DNA of 60,841 nt from Eubacteriales bacterium (GCA_045531285.1 JAZSDT010000083.1:1-60841); one strand, 5' to 3'. Counted from the first letter of the stretch, positions 1 through 10,193 are shown. Translations and numbers: made by a program. Notes: generated from the sequence alone by a model not told the origin.

Positions 1-303
1 AGTAGCGGCTGTGTAAATACATTCATATGTCACCGCTTATGGCATATTTCAGCATCGGCATATATTGCACCTGAGTTTAGCAGGTTGATGCTACCGCCGG
101 GCTTTTTAAGTCCAAATCGAATAATTGCGGTAATATTACTAACCGGGCAATAAGCCTCATACTTTATGGAGACAGAGATTAAAAAAGCACCCGAAAGTGC
201 TGTAAATACGCTGTTTTCCATTAAGTTAAACAAGGAAATACACAGGTAACAGATACAAAAACTCAGTGCCATAGCTATGCCCTTGCGAAAGAAAGGAATT
301 AAA

Positions 304-1170
304 ATGAAAACTACAATATACAAAAATTTAGAAGTGCAGTACACAAAGTTGTTCCGCCATTTGAAGGTTGGTAGCTTCAAGACAAGAGAACGTTATGGCA
401 AAGCATTCAAACGCTTTATGGTATTTTTAGCACGAGAGTACCGTTTGCAAAAGCTTTGCAACATTTCAGAAAAGCATATACTTGCTTACGTTTCGTATAT
501 GCAAAGTAAAGGCTTGTCGGCTTCAACGATTAAGACCGAGCTTGCCGCCATTCGCTTCTTCCACGACAATATGCCGTACACAAGATGCGAACTGCCAACT
601 AATGAGGACTTAGACCTCAAAAAGCGAACCTTTGGCGGTGTGGACAGAACCTGGACTACTCCGGAATTTAACCATATGCTCATTGCCGCAATTGATAACA
701 AAGATTATCAGGCGATTCTGTGTCTTGCACGATATGCAGGTCTTCGCTTGGAGGAATGCTTCCGCATCGACACCAATGACGCAAAAAATGCCATTGATAC
801 AGGCAAGCTGCTTGTCAAGGGCAAGGGTGGACTTTGGAGATATGTACCTATCAATGAGTCTATAAGAATTACATTCCGTGATATGTTGAAAATCACTCCC
901 ATTGGAGAAAAGCTGTTTGTGCGACCTTACGATAAGACGCATCTTGCGATGAAGAGACTACAGTGCTTTATTGCATATCATCGAAAGAGATTTACCGAGA
1001 ACACCATAACCTTTCACGGGCTGCGACATACCTTTGCACACGAGCAGTATAACAAGTTCATTGAACAAGGTTATTCCGATTTTGTTGCTCGCAAAAAGGT
1101 GTCTGAGTTGCTTGGACATCATCGTGATGACGTAACACGAATCTATCTGTCGGGCGGTGATGATGTATGA
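304..1170 (+). CDS. Tyrosine site-specific recombinase (phage-integrase family)
   Basis: ORF 277..1170. Catalytic-domain signature HGLRHTFAHEQY ... LLGHHRDDVTRIYL (HxxR and terminal Tyr). The ATG at 304 follows an AAAGGA RBS and is preferred over 277. Confidence 0.85.
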   Translation: MKTTIYKNLEVQYTKLFRHLKVGSFKTRERYGKAFKRFMVFLAREYRLQKLCNISEKHILAYVSYMQSKGLSASTIKTELAAIRFFHDNMPYTRCELPTNEDLDLKKRTFGGVDRTWTTPEFNHMLIAAIDNKDYQAILCLARYAGLRLEECFRIDTNDAKNAIDTGKLLVKGKGGLWRYVPINESIRITFRDMLKITPIGEKLFVRPYDKTHLAMKRLQCFIAYHRKRFTENTITFHGLRHTFAHEQYNKFIEQGYSDFVARKKVSELLGHHRDDVTRIYLSGGDDV

Positions 1171-1451
1171 CCAAGAAGAAAAATACCATTGTAAACACCA
1201 GAGCCAACTCGAAGAAAGCCAACCACTTATTGAATAATAACAAAACGGAGAAAGCTGAATGCAAAGTCCCAATTCACCTTAAAATGACCTTGACCATTAA
1301 GGAAGCAGCGGAGTATAGCAATATCGGCATTAACAAAATCGATAGTATGCTTCGTGCCCCTAATTGTCCGTTTGTGCTCTTTGTCGGCACTAAAAAGCTT
1401 GTGAAACGCAAAGAATTTGAAGAATATATCAGCGATAAAATAATAATTTAA
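1167..1451 (+). CDS. Excisionase-type helix-turn-helix DNA-binding protein (Xis-like)
   Basis: ATGA overlap with the stop of the upstream recombinase. The C-terminal part, MTLTIKEAAEYSNIGINKIDSMLR...LVKRKEFEEYI, resembles the small excisionase/MerR-type HTH of Tn916-like elements. An internal start at 1284 is possible. Confidence 0.6.
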   Translation: MTKKKNTIVNTRANSKKANHLLNNNKTEKAECKVPIHLKMTLTIKEAAEYSNIGINKIDSMLRAPNCPFVLFVGTKKLVKRKEFEEYISDKIII

Positions 1452-1504
1452 GCAACAAAGTTAAAAATTTACAAAAAAGCCTAAGATTTTTTTGTAAAGT
1501 CACT

Positions 1505-1532
1505 TGAGGAAAAGGGCATCTTATGATATAAT
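1505..1532 (+). promoter_or_regulatory. Putative sigma-A promoter for the integrase gene
   Basis: TTGAGG (1505-1510), 16-nt spacer, TATAAT (1527-1532), preceded by TG-like extended context. Lies about 50 nt upstream of the ATG at 1582. Confidence 0.3.
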
Positions 1533-1581
1533 CTATATGTAGCAGTATGCTCTTTTTCTCTCTGTGAGAAAGGAGTTAACA

Positions 1582-2763
1582 ATGGGAAAGAATCTCAAAG
1601 GTAAAGACTGCGGTAAGGGTATCTACCAAAGGAAGGACGGATTATACAGCGCACGCTTTGTTGATAAGGCAGGCAAAAGGCACGAAAAATACTTCGGGAC
1701 AGTTCCCGAAGCGCGTAATTGGATAGAAGAAGCAAAATTCGCTGACATGCACGATGGTGTTTTCGTAGCTACGGAAACTACGGTTGATGAATGGTTTGAT
1801 TTTTGGATTGAAAATATCGTTGGAGATTTAGCTCCTAATACACTTCGCAACTACCGAGAACGATACACATTCAACATTCAGCCCGTTATGGGGAAAATGT
1901 TAATAGCAAATGTAAAACCGATGCATTGTAAAAAGGTGTTCATTCAGATGGATGCCGACTATGCCGGCTCGACCATACGCCAAACATTCATTACTATGGG
2001 AACAATGTTCAAAGCGGCAAAGATGAATGACCTCATTGCAAAGCACCCTATGGACGGCGTTCGCTTTACAAAACCCGTTCGTGCAACAGATGATATTAAG
2101 TTTCTCACCCGTGAAGAACAGCGTACTTTCCTTGAAACTGCGAGGCGTTCTCACAACTACAATCAATACGCCCTCATCCTCGAAACAGGGCTACGAACAG
2201 GTGAAATGATTGGTCTAACATGGGATGCTATTGATTTTGAGAAAAGGACGCTTACAGTGAATAAAACATTGGAGTACCGACACGCACAGCAGTTTTGGCG
2301 TGCAGGACCACCCAAGACACAGCAAAGCTATCGCACCATTCCTCTGACAGACAAGGCATATGGTATTCTCAAAGACATTTGGGATAATCGAAAAGGGAGA
2401 AAGGAATCACCTCTGCTCGATGAAACATTAGAGTATGTTGATAGAAGAACGGGCGTAACCTCGACACTCGTTTTGCGTGACCTTGTTTTTATCAACTATC
2501 GCACCGGTGAACCGGCCAAAAACAGTTCTTATGATACCCACCTTTACAAGCTCTGCGACGAAGCAGGGATTACACGCTTTTGTATGCACGCTTTACGCCA
2601 CACATACGCCACTCGTGCTATCGAAAGCGGGATGCAGCCAAAGGTACTGCAAAAGCTACTGGGACACGCCAGTATAAAAACAACAATGGATAGGTATGTT
2701 CACGTGACTACCGATTCATTAGACCAAGCTGTAAGGCAATTTGAGTTAAATGGGGTTTTCTGA
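1582..2763 (+). CDS. int: Tyrosine integrase, Tn916-Int-like (N-terminal arm-binding domain plus catalytic domain)
   Basis: ORF 1564..2763. AGGAG RBS at 1571-1575, then ATG at 1582. N-terminus [28 protein letters not shown]; catalytic motifs [38 protein letters not shown]. Confidence 0.9.
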   Translation: MGKNLKGKDCGKGIYQRKDGLYSARFVDKAGKRHEKYFGTVPEARNWIEEAKFADMHDGVFVATETTVDEWFDFWIENIVGDLAPNTLRNYRERYTFNIQPVMGKMLIANVKPMHCKKVFIQMDADYAGSTIRQTFITMGTMFKAAKMNDLIAKHPMDGVRFTKPVRATDDIKFLTREEQRTFLETARRSHNYNQYALILETGLRTGEMIGLTWDAIDFEKRTLTVNKTLEYRHAQQFWRAGPPKTQQSYRTIPLTDKAYGILKDIWDNRKGRKESPLLDETLEYVDRRTGVTSTLVLRDLVFINYRTGEPAKNSSYDTHLYKLCDEAGITRFCMHALRHTYATRAIESGMQPKVLQKLLGHASIKTTMDRYVHVTTDSLDQAVRQFELNGVF

Positions 2764-2811
2764 TATATAAATCTATATAAATCAATGCGAAAATGGCGTA
2801 AAAATGGCGTA
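2764..2811. repeat. Two perfect tandem direct repeats immediately after the integrase stop (candidate att/arm-site region)
   Basis: TATATAAATC occurs twice (2764-2773, 2774-2783) and AAAATGGCGTA occurs twice (2790-2800, 2801-2811). The stretch is AT-rich and lies between int and ychF. Confidence 0.8.
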
Positions 2812-2865
2812 GTAGCCAAAACGCAAATCGCGAAACCCTTGAAAATAAAGGAGATGTAAATAAAT

Positions 2866-3969
2866 ATGAAACTCGGTATAGTAGGACTTCCAAACGTTGG
2901 AAAGAGTACACTTTTTAATGCAATCACCGGTGCAGGAGCAGAAGCGGCAAACTACCCTTTCTGTACCATCGACCCTAACGTAGGTGTGGTTACGGTTCCT
3001 GACGAGAGACTTGACGTATTGGCAAAAATGTATTCTCCGGAAAAAATAACACACGCTATAATCGAATTCGTGGACATTGCAGGACTTGTAAAAGGTGCTG
3101 CAAACGGTGAAGGACTTGGAAACAAATTTCTGTCGCACATCCGTGAGGTTGATGCCATTGTTCACGTTGTTCGTTGCTTTGAGAACGCAGACGTTATACA
3201 CGTCAACTCAAAAATTGACCCTCTTGACGACATTCAAACCATTAACACCGAGCTGATTCTGTCCGATATTGAAATTCTCGACAGAAGAATAGACAGAGCT
3301 ATGAAGGCTTTGAAAGGTGACAAGAGTGTACAGACTGAAATAGACTTTTTGACAAAGCTTAAAGCGCACCTTGATGCAGGATTGAGTGCCAGAAGCCTTG
3401 AGAGGACGGATGACGAGGCAAAATTCCTCGAGGACATTCCCCTGCTTTCCGAAAAGCCCATTATATATGCAGCTAACATCGGTGAGGATGATATTCCCGA
3501 CATTGATGATCTTGAAAATAAAAATGAGCATTTCAAGGCTGTGGCAGACTTTGCAAGAAGCGAAAACTCAGGTGTGCTTCCCATTTGTGCCAACATCGAA
3601 GCAGAGATAGCAGAGCTTGACGATGACGAAAAAGCAATGTTCCTTGAGGACCTGGGACTTTCCTGCTCGGGACTTGACAGACTCATTAAGGAAAGTTATT
3701 CACTACTCGGTCTCATCAGCTTCCTTACCGCAGGTCAGCCCGAGGTAAGAGCCTGGACTATCAAAAACGGCACCAAAGCACCTCAAGCCGCAGGTAAGAT
3801 TCACAGCGACATAGAGCGTGGCTTTATCAGAGCGGAGATAATTTCCTTTGAGGACCTTGTAGCACAGGGCTCAATGAATGCCGCAAAGGAAAAAGGTCTT
3901 GTAAGAAGCGAAGGCAAAGACTATATTATGAAGGATGGAGACATAACCTTATTCAGGTTTAACGTGTAA
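2866..3969 (+). CDS. ychF: Redox-regulated ribosome-binding ATPase YchF
   Basis: MKLGIVGLPNVGKSTLFNAIT P-loop, an OBG-type G domain and a C-terminal TGS-like DGDITLFRFNV. Length is 367 aa. RBS AAGGAG lies upstream. Confidence 0.95.
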   Translation: MKLGIVGLPNVGKSTLFNAITGAGAEAANYPFCTIDPNVGVVTVPDERLDVLAKMYSPEKITHAIIEFVDIAGLVKGAANGEGLGNKFLSHIREVDAIVHVVRCFENADVIHVNSKIDPLDDIQTINTELILSDIEILDRRIDRAMKALKGDKSVQTEIDFLTKLKAHLDAGLSARSLERTDDEAKFLEDIPLLSEKPIIYAANIGEDDIPDIDDLENKNEHFKAVADFARSENSGVLPICANIEAEIAELDDDEKAMFLEDLGLSCSGLDRLIKESYSLLGLISFLTAGQPEVRAWTIKNGTKAPQAAGKIHSDIERGFIRAEIISFEDLVAQGSMNAAKEKGLVRSEGKDYIMKDGDITLFRFNV

Positions 3970-3971
3970 TT

Positions 3972-4754
3972 ATGGATTTGTTAAGAGAAAAAAAGCTGTT
4001 CGTCATGGATATGGACGGCACTATATACCTTGGTGAAAAAGTAATAAAGGGTGCACCTGAATTTATTCAAAGAGTGCGTGATAACGGCGCCAAGGTAATG
4101 TACTTTACCAACAACGCATCAAAAAACCCTGACATTTATATTGATAAGCTGACCAGACTCGGATTTTCCGCAACAAGAGAAGAAATCGTTACGTCGGGCG
4201 ACGTAACCGTAGGCTTTCTCAACAAGCACAGAGCAGGAAAGAGTGTCTACCTTGTAGGTACTCCTGCACTTCACGACACCTTTGAAAAGGCTGGTATCAA
4301 GCCTGTAAAAGAAGGCGAAAAGGCAGATATCGTAGTAGTGAGTTTTGACACTACCGTAACCTATGCAAAGCTTGAAAACGCCTGTACGCTCATACGAAAC
4401 GGCGCTGAATTTCTTTCCACACATCCGGATATCAACTGTCCTACCGAGGATGGATTTATTCCGGACAGCGGTGCTATTTGCGCTCTTGTAACTCTGTCCA
4501 CAGGTGTTGAGCCCAGATATTTTGGAAAGCCAAATGCCGAAACAGCCGAGTACATAGAGGACCTTTCAGGCATTGCCAGAAAGGACACGGTCATTATCGG
4601 CGACAGACTCTATACAGACATTGCAACAGGCAAGCTTCACGGCATTACAGCTTGCTTCGTGCTCTCGGGTGAGGGTACTATGGAGGACGTTGAAAAGCTG
4701 GATAACTCCATGAAGCCCGACGTTATTTTCAACTCCGTTGACGACATAAGATAA
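3972..4754 (+). CDS. HAD-superfamily subfamily IIA hydrolase (NagD/sugar-phosphatase-like)
   Basis: DMDGTIY motif I, FTNNAS motif, and GDRLYTDI motif IV. Length is 260 aa. Confidence 0.8.
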   Translation: MDLLREKKLFVMDMDGTIYLGEKVIKGAPEFIQRVRDNGAKVMYFTNNASKNPDIYIDKLTRLGFSATREEIVTSGDVTVGFLNKHRAGKSVYLVGTPALHDTFEKAGIKPVKEGEKADIVVVSFDTTVTYAKLENACTLIRNGAEFLSTHPDINCPTEDGFIPDSGAICALVTLSTGVEPRYFGKPNAETAEYIEDLSGIARKDTVIIGDRLYTDIATGKLHGITACFVLSGEGTMEDVEKLDNSMKPDVIFNSVDDIR

Positions 4755-4848
4755 AAGACCAAGTATATAAAAATCCCGATTTTTTTCGGGATTTTTCTTG
4801 ACAAATAATACTATGTGTTGTATAGTATTATGTGAAGGGAGGTATTGT

Positions 4849-5184
4849 ATGGACATTCAAATGAAAAGAGGTCTGCTTGACGTTTGTGTTCTTGCGGCAA
4901 TAAAGAACGGAGAATCCTACGGGTATCAGATAATCAAGGACATAAAGCCATACGCCGAAATATCGGAATCGACGCTATATCCTATTTTGCGGCGTCTGGA
5001 GGGAGCGGAGCTGTTGAACGTACGCACAGCCGAGCACAACGGAAGGCTGAGAAAATACTACAGTATCACCGAAGCAGGATTAAAAAGACTGCACGAATTT
5101 GAAGCAGAGTGGAAAGAGATCATGTCCATTTATAAATTTGTAACAAGGGAGGACAGAACAGATGAACAAGAAGCAATTTCTTGA
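4849..5184 (+). CDS. PadR-family transcriptional regulator
   Basis: LLDVCVLAAIKNGESYGYQIIKDI...STLYPILRRLE winged-helix signature. GAAGGGAGG RBS precedes the ATG at 4849 (the ORF track starts at 4798). Confidence 0.85.
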   Translation: MDIQMKRGLLDVCVLAAIKNGESYGYQIIKDIKPYAEISESTLYPILRRLEGAELLNVRTAEHNGRLRKYYSITEAGLKRLHEFEAEWKEIMSIYKFVTREDRTDEQEAIS

Positions 5185-5758
5185 CAGTCTCAGTGAAAAG
5201 CTTCGCGGATTTCCCGAAGAGGACGCAAAAAAATCACTTGAGTATTACAGCGAAATTATAGATGACAGAATAGAAAACGGAGAAAACGAAGAGGAAGCTG
5301 TTGCCGGTCTGGGTAACATTGACGATATTTTAGCACAGATACTTGCAGACACTCCCCTCCCGCGCATTGTAAAAGAGAAGGTAAAGCCGAAAAGGAATCT
5401 GATAGGATGGGAAATAGCACTTATCCTTTTGGGCGCTCCCTTGTGGATACCCTTGGCAATTGCTATTCTGGCAGTAATTCTATCACTTTACGTAATTCTG
5501 TGGTCTGTAGTAATTTCGGTATGTGCCACAGCTGCTGTACTGATTTTCTCTGCCGTTGCGCTGTTGGGTGCAGGAGCGGTTATGCTGTTTACAGGCCATG
5601 CAGTACAAGGAATTCTTATTTTAGGAACAGTATTTATATGCACAGGCTCGTTCATACTGGTATTTATCATTTGCAAAGCCTTGGTTCGCGGAGCTGTTGC
5701 ACTTTGCAAGGCAATAGTTTTTGGAATTAAGTCCATATTCGTCAGAAAGGGGAAATAA
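5162..5758 (+). CDS. DUF1700-type membrane protein (PadR-associated)
   Basis: N-terminus MNKKQFLDSLSEKLRGFPEEDAKKSLEYYSEIIDDRIENGENEEEAV is typical of DUF1700. C-terminal TM helices. Overlaps the end of padR. Confidence 0.7.
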   Translation: MNKKQFLDSLSEKLRGFPEEDAKKSLEYYSEIIDDRIENGENEEEAVAGLGNIDDILAQILADTPLPRIVKEKVKPKRNLIGWEIALILLGAPLWIPLAIAILAVILSLYVILWSVVISVCATAAVLIFSAVALLGAGAVMLFTGHAVQGILILGTVFICTGSFILVFIICKALVRGAVALCKAIVFGIKSIFVRKGK

Positions 5759-5761
5759 AGA

Positions 5762-6598
5762 ATGAAAAAAGCATTAATAATCGCAATACTGTTTATTGTA
5801 GTCGGTGTTGTAATTTGCATTGGTGCTCTTTACAGCATAGGCTTTGATTTCTCCAAGCTTCAAACAGTGGAAATGACAGAGAGAACACAGTATATCAGCG
5901 GTTCCTTTGAGGATATATCGATACAAACAGTTGAGTCTGACCTTATAATTCGCAAATCAAACGACGGAGAATGCCGACTTGTTAGTACTGCAAGAAAAGG
6001 AACTGTTTTCTCTGCCGAGATAACCAACGAAGCATTGATGATTGAAGAGAAAAACGCACCGGGAAGTAAGTGGTGGGACAACGTAGGGATACAGTACCGA
6101 GAGTCCAAGGTTATACTCTATCTGCCCGAGACGGCGTACGAAAGCATAGCTGTCAACACTGTAAGCGGTGACGTTGTACTACCGAGGGATTTTTACTTCG
6201 GGTTCATCGGGGTACAAAGTACCAGCGGTGACATAAAAGTCAATGCCGACACAGACGGTCAGGTAGGACTCAAATCGTCCAGCGGCGACGTATACTTAAG
6301 CAAAAGACAATGTGCTGACGTAACAGTTATGACCGTAAGCGGTGATATTGAGCTTTCAGGCGTAGAATCAAACGGTTCACTGGTGCTCAAAAGCACCTCG
6401 GGAGATATTGAATTTAAAGCCTGCGACGGAAAGAACGTAAAAATAAACACTGTGAGCGGTGACGTTGAGGGAAGCTTCATAAGCGGAAAAGATTTCTCTG
6501 TTGATACCACAAGCGGTAACGTGGAAATACCGCTAAACAGCTCGGGCGCCCCCTGTGTAATAAACACTGTAAGCGGTGACATTGAAATAGAAATATAA
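5762..6598 (+). CDS. DUF4097-type beta-strand repeat protein (putative adhesin fold), N-terminal TM anchor
   Basis: Iterated SGD(I/V) strand repeats (VSGDVV, TSGDIKV, SSGDVYL, VSGDIEL ...). Third gene of the PadR operon. Confidence 0.7.
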   Translation: MKKALIIAILFIVVGVVICIGALYSIGFDFSKLQTVEMTERTQYISGSFEDISIQTVESDLIIRKSNDGECRLVSTARKGTVFSAEITNEALMIEEKNAPGSKWWDNVGIQYRESKVILYLPETAYESIAVNTVSGDVVLPRDFYFGFIGVQSTSGDIKVNADTDGQVGLKSSSGDVYLSKRQCADVTVMTVSGDIELSGVESNGSLVLKSTSGDIEFKACDGKNVKINTVSGDVEGSFISGKDFSVDTTSGNVEIPLNSSGAPCVINTVSGDIEIEI

Positions 6599-6604
6599 TA
6601 TAAA

Positions 6605-6640
6605 ATCAGCGTAGATAAAAAACATCTACGCTGATTTTAT
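6605..6640. terminator. Bidirectional intrinsic terminator between convergent genes
   Basis: 12-bp stem ATCAGCGTAGAT/ATCTACGCTGAT, A-run on the 5' side, T-run at 6636-6639. Confidence 0.7.
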
Positions 6641-6648
6641 ATATTTCA

Positions 6649-7470
6649 CTATTTTATATCCTCATACCACTGAAGCCAATCCTCTACGTGCCAGCCATTC
6701 TCCACTCTCCAGAGAACCTCCGAACTGCCCTGACGCAAAAGCTCTAAAGCTACGTCTACGTATTCCCTTGCAGGCAAGGTCTTAAAAACTGCGTTACCGC
6801 AAACAGACTCACCTGTAAGTCCTTTTTCCTTCAATTTTTCAAAGACTGTGGGGCTGTATACGTGAGGCCAAGCCTCTAGGTCGAAGTACCGCTCGAAGCA
6901 ATGTAGTCTGCCCTTCATCTCCTCGTAATCTTCTCTTCCCTCAATCCTTTTCAAGCACTCTTCAATAAAAAGATATTCAGCAAAATGACGGAAGGTAACG
7001 TATATAGGACCTACACCGAGAAGAAGGACCTTTGCCCCCTCATCATACATTTTCTGCCAGGGGGAATCGGGGGCAAACGGAGTATCGCCCATATTTCCCC
7101 ATCTTTTTGAGGTGTGTCCGTGGGTTTCGGTAAGCCATTTTGCTTTTCTGCCGCAGGCGGCTACAGAGTGTGTTGCCTGGTCGCTTCTGTATGAACCCTC
7201 CCGACATCTGAAATAATTGGTAAGATAGCCCACATCAGATTTTTTATCCATGTGCCATGTCTTATATGAATTGAGAAAATCCTCCTGACAGAGTGTGGGA
7301 AATACAAGTGTCCCCTCCTCGCCTATTGCATCCAGAAAGCCTGATATTACTGACTCAGCGCCTCCGTCTACCTTACCCATACTCTTAAAAGAAGAATGTA
7401 CCAGAAGAATATCGCCCTTCTTTATTCCCGCATCTATTGCAGCATTTTTTACAGTTTCTTTCGTTACCAT
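6649..7470 (-). CDS. Aminoglycoside N3-acetyltransferase family protein (AAC(3)/YokD-like)
   Basis: GDILLVHSSFKSMGKVDGGAESVISGFLDAIGEEGTLVFPT matches the AAC(3)-family N-terminal signature. Length is 273 aa. Confidence 0.7.
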   Translation of the reverse strand: MVTKETVKNAAIDAGIKKGDILLVHSSFKSMGKVDGGAESVISGFLDAIGEEGTLVFPTLCQEDFLNSYKTWHMDKKSDVGYLTNYFRCREGSYRSDQATHSVAACGRKAKWLTETHGHTSKRWGNMGDTPFAPDSPWQKMYDEGAKVLLLGVGPIYVTFRHFAEYLFIEECLKRIEGREDYEEMKGRLHCFERYFDLEAWPHVYSPTVFEKLKEKGLTGESVCGNAVFKTLPAREYVDVALELLRQGSSEVLWRVENGWHVEDWLQWYEDIK

Positions 7471-7503
7471 AGCGTATTCCCTTCAAAACATCCACCAAAG
7501 ATA

Positions 7504-8742
7504 TTATTTGCAGGACTTTTTCTTTGAAAAATATATTCTTATGCTCAAAAGTATCAAAACAGTACATATTGCAAATATGTCCGAGGACAAAAGACCCGCA
7601 CGCATTGATACCTGCTCGGCTGTGATAGAAAATCTATCGGCAATCCTTTGAGCAACGGGCATAGCGGAAACCTTATCTGCTATAACGCCCACAAGCTGAG
7701 GCGCAAGTGCTGTGCCGAGGTCTCCGCCTGATGCCATAAGAGCATATATGGCAACGCTTGCACCGGGGTATTTATCTCCAACTATAATGAGTGTTCCGGG
7801 CCATAGCATTGAAACGCAAAGACCTGTAAGTCCGCACGCAACAAGCGACAAAACCGGATTGAGCGAAAGCGCGGCAACGGTATAGGTCACGACTGCACCG
7901 ACTGCAATAGTGAGCATAACGCTCATTATATTCTTTCCGTATTTTGCGTACAGGCTTCTGCCAAGTCCCAGAGTAGCGGCAAAAAATGCCGTACCGAATA
8001 TGTCCCCCACGACCTTCGGCAAGCTTACAGCCGATTCAAGATAGCTTGAAGCCCATTGAGTCATAACGCTTTCGGTTGCACCGCCAAAGAAGATACAAAG
8101 AAAGCAAAGGACGATTCCCGCCGAGAGAAGTCCTGTACCGGTTCCCTTTTCACCGCTTATGTTCATTTCGGGAAATTCAGCTTTGCAGAAAAGGAGCATT
8201 GCCAAAAGAGGAATGGCACACAGAATAATAGGAAGAACAAACCACATATTCTCGCCCACGATTCTTAAAAACAAAGTGCTGAATATTACTACTGCAACAG
8301 CACCCCAGGCGTAGCAGGAATGAAGCTTTGACATATCGCGTTCGGGGTTTTCTGAGGGGAGTGCGGCAATGATCGGGCTGAGCAGCACCTCACACAATCC
8401 GCCGGATGCTGAAAATATCACCGTCCCCAACGCCATCCACAAATATGCCGCCGACGGTACTGCAAGGGGCATCAGTGAATAAATGAGAAAGCCCGAAGCC
8501 GTCAAAAACGGAGTGAGCTTAACAGCCTTTTGTACGTTGAATATTGACGGAAAGAACGTAAAAAGGAGGTCCATACCCAACTGAGTAACGAAATTTATAA
8601 CTACCAGCGTACCAAGGAGAGTATAAGATATCCCGTACATTTCACGGAAGGTCTCGAAAAGCAGTGCAGGTACAATAATTATTATAGCCATTGACACGCC
8701 TGAAACGTAACAGGCATATTTGGTAAACGTATAGTTTTTCAC
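7504..8742 (-). CDS. MFS transporter
   Basis: About 12 predicted TM helices. The GTG at 8742 is preceded by a GGAGG RBS and overlaps the MATE stop (GTGA). The ORF-track start at 8805 is probably an artefactual extension. Confidence 0.75.
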   Translation of the reverse strand: MKNYTFTKYACYVSGVSMAIIIIVPALLFETFREMYGISYTLLGTLVVINFVTQLGMDLLFTFFPSIFNVQKAVKLTPFLTASGFLIYSLMPLAVPSAAYLWMALGTVIFSASGGLCEVLLSPIIAALPSENPERDMSKLHSCYAWGAVAVVIFSTLFLRIVGENMWFVLPIILCAIPLLAMLLFCKAEFPEMNISGEKGTGTGLLSAGIVLCFLCIFFGGATESVMTQWASSYLESAVSLPKVVGDIFGTAFFAATLGLGRSLYAKYGKNIMSVMLTIAVGAVVTYTVAALSLNPVLSLVACGLTGLCVSMLWPGTLIIVGDKYPGASVAIYALMASGGDLGTALAPQLVGVIADKVSAMPVAQRIADRFSITAEQVSMRAGLLSSDIFAICTVLILLSIRIYFSKKKSCK

Positions 8743-10109
8743 GATAATTCCTCCAAGGATCTTATTTTCTTTATCCACTTTCCGCTTCTGAGTCTTATTA
8801 CGCACCAGAACGCCTTAAGCACCTGGTCTACCTTTAAAAAGAAATATATCCAGAACGCAGGAAGGTGTAATACAAGTCCTGCGATTATACCCAGCGGTAC
8901 AGAAGCGATCCAAAGAAAAATATTATCTGCAAGCATAAGCATTTTCGTATCTCCGCCGCCTCGGAGAACTCCCTTGGTCATAATACTGTTTGTTGCCTGG
9001 AAAAAGATTATAATGCTTATTGCCAGCATTAACTGACGTGTAAGCTCCTGGGTCTCTTTGGAAAGGTCATAAGCCCTTATCATAGGCTCACTGATGAGCA
9101 AAGCAATAAGTGCGGCAACAGCTCCAAAAACGATTCCCAATCCGAGAAAGGCATAGCCTTGTCTTGATGCCTTTTCCCTGTCGCCTTCTCCCAGTGTTCT
9201 CCCTGTAACTATAGAGCCCGATTGGGAAAATCCCTGAATCATAACCGAGCTGAGCTGTTGTGTTACAGCGGTAACCGCATTGGCGGCAACAAAATTTTCA
9301 CCCAATCTGCCGATAACCATAGCAACCGAATTATTTCCCAGAGCAAGTATTCCGTCGCTGACGAGTACGGGAATGCTCATTCTGATATATTCCTTCCAAA
9401 GATTGCCCACAGGCTCGAAAAGGTGCTTTATTCTGAAGCCTATTTCTTTATCTTTTAAAAACATATATCCGCAAATAACGGCAAATTCAAATACGCGGGC
9501 AATGAGAGTACCCAGTGCGGCACCCGCTACGTCCATTTTAGGTGCGCCGAATTTTCCAAAGATGAATATATAGTTTGCACCTACGTTAATAAAGAATGCG
9601 GCAATTGACGTATATAAAGGCAATCTGACCTGACCTACGTTTCTCAAAACGATGGTACAGGTAAGCGAAAGCCCCAACAAAAAATATGTAACTACCGAAT
9701 ATTCAAGGTATCTGACGCCGTAATTTATAATTGGGACTTCCGTGGTGTATATTTTCATTATCAAAGTGGGAGCAATGGCTGTAGCAACTGCAAAAAGCAC
9801 AGACATCCCAAGACAAAGACGAAGCATAATAGACACTGTCTTTTTCAGTGCAGCTCTGTCCTTCATTCCGTAGTACCGCGCAACAAGTACAGAAGCGCCC
9901 ATACCTATACCCATACAAAAGATGTGAAAAATATTAATAAACTGGTTGGCTAGAGACACAGCAGAAAGCTGTGTTTCGCCCACCTTTCCAATCATTATGG
10001 TATCCATCATATTGACACCTGTGGTTATAAATCCCTGTAAGGCAACGGGAATGGCTATCATTGCCACTGTTTTATAAAAAGACTTATCTTTTATAAATAA
10101 ACTGAACAT
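8739..10109 (-). CDS. MATE-family efflux transporter
   Basis: FYKTVAMIAIPVALQGFITTGVNMMDTIMIGKVGETQLSAVSLANQ is a typical MATE N-terminus. 12 TM helices. ATG at 10109 with an AGAGG RBS (the ORF-track GTG is at 10127). Confidence 0.85.
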   Translation of the reverse strand: MFSLFIKDKSFYKTVAMIAIPVALQGFITTGVNMMDTIMIGKVGETQLSAVSLANQFINIFHIFCMGIGMGASVLVARYYGMKDRAALKKTVSIMLRLCLGMSVLFAVATAIAPTLIMKIYTTEVPIINYGVRYLEYSVVTYFLLGLSLTCTIVLRNVGQVRLPLYTSIAAFFINVGANYIFIFGKFGAPKMDVAGAALGTLIARVFEFAVICGYMFLKDKEIGFRIKHLFEPVGNLWKEYIRMSIPVLVSDGILALGNNSVAMVIGRLGENFVAANAVTAVTQQLSSVMIQGFSQSGSIVTGRTLGEGDREKASRQGYAFLGLGIVFGAVAALIALLISEPMIRAYDLSKETQELTRQLMLAISIIIFFQATNSIMTKGVLRGGGDTKMLMLADNIFLWIASVPLGIIAGLVLHLPAFWIYFFLKVDQVLKAFWCVIRLRSGKWIKKIRSLEELS

Positions 10110-10193
10110 ATTCTTACCTCTTTTCACTAAAGAATCATTGTATCATACGTTCTTCAATTTGTCAAAGGATATTGCACTGACAATATACAAAAA

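Noticed and set aside
30-380. 116-aa minus-strand ORF at the window start, and an open + frame at 1-153.
   Set aside because: The minus ORF overlaps the recombinase start, and I recognise neither a motif nor an RBS. The + frame could be the C-terminus of a gene starting outside the window. There is not enough evidence to call either.
1-2763. Calling the left end a prophage or a specific ICE family.
   Set aside because: Only the recombination module is visible. No structural, conjugation or replication genes are present in the window, so the element type cannot be assigned.
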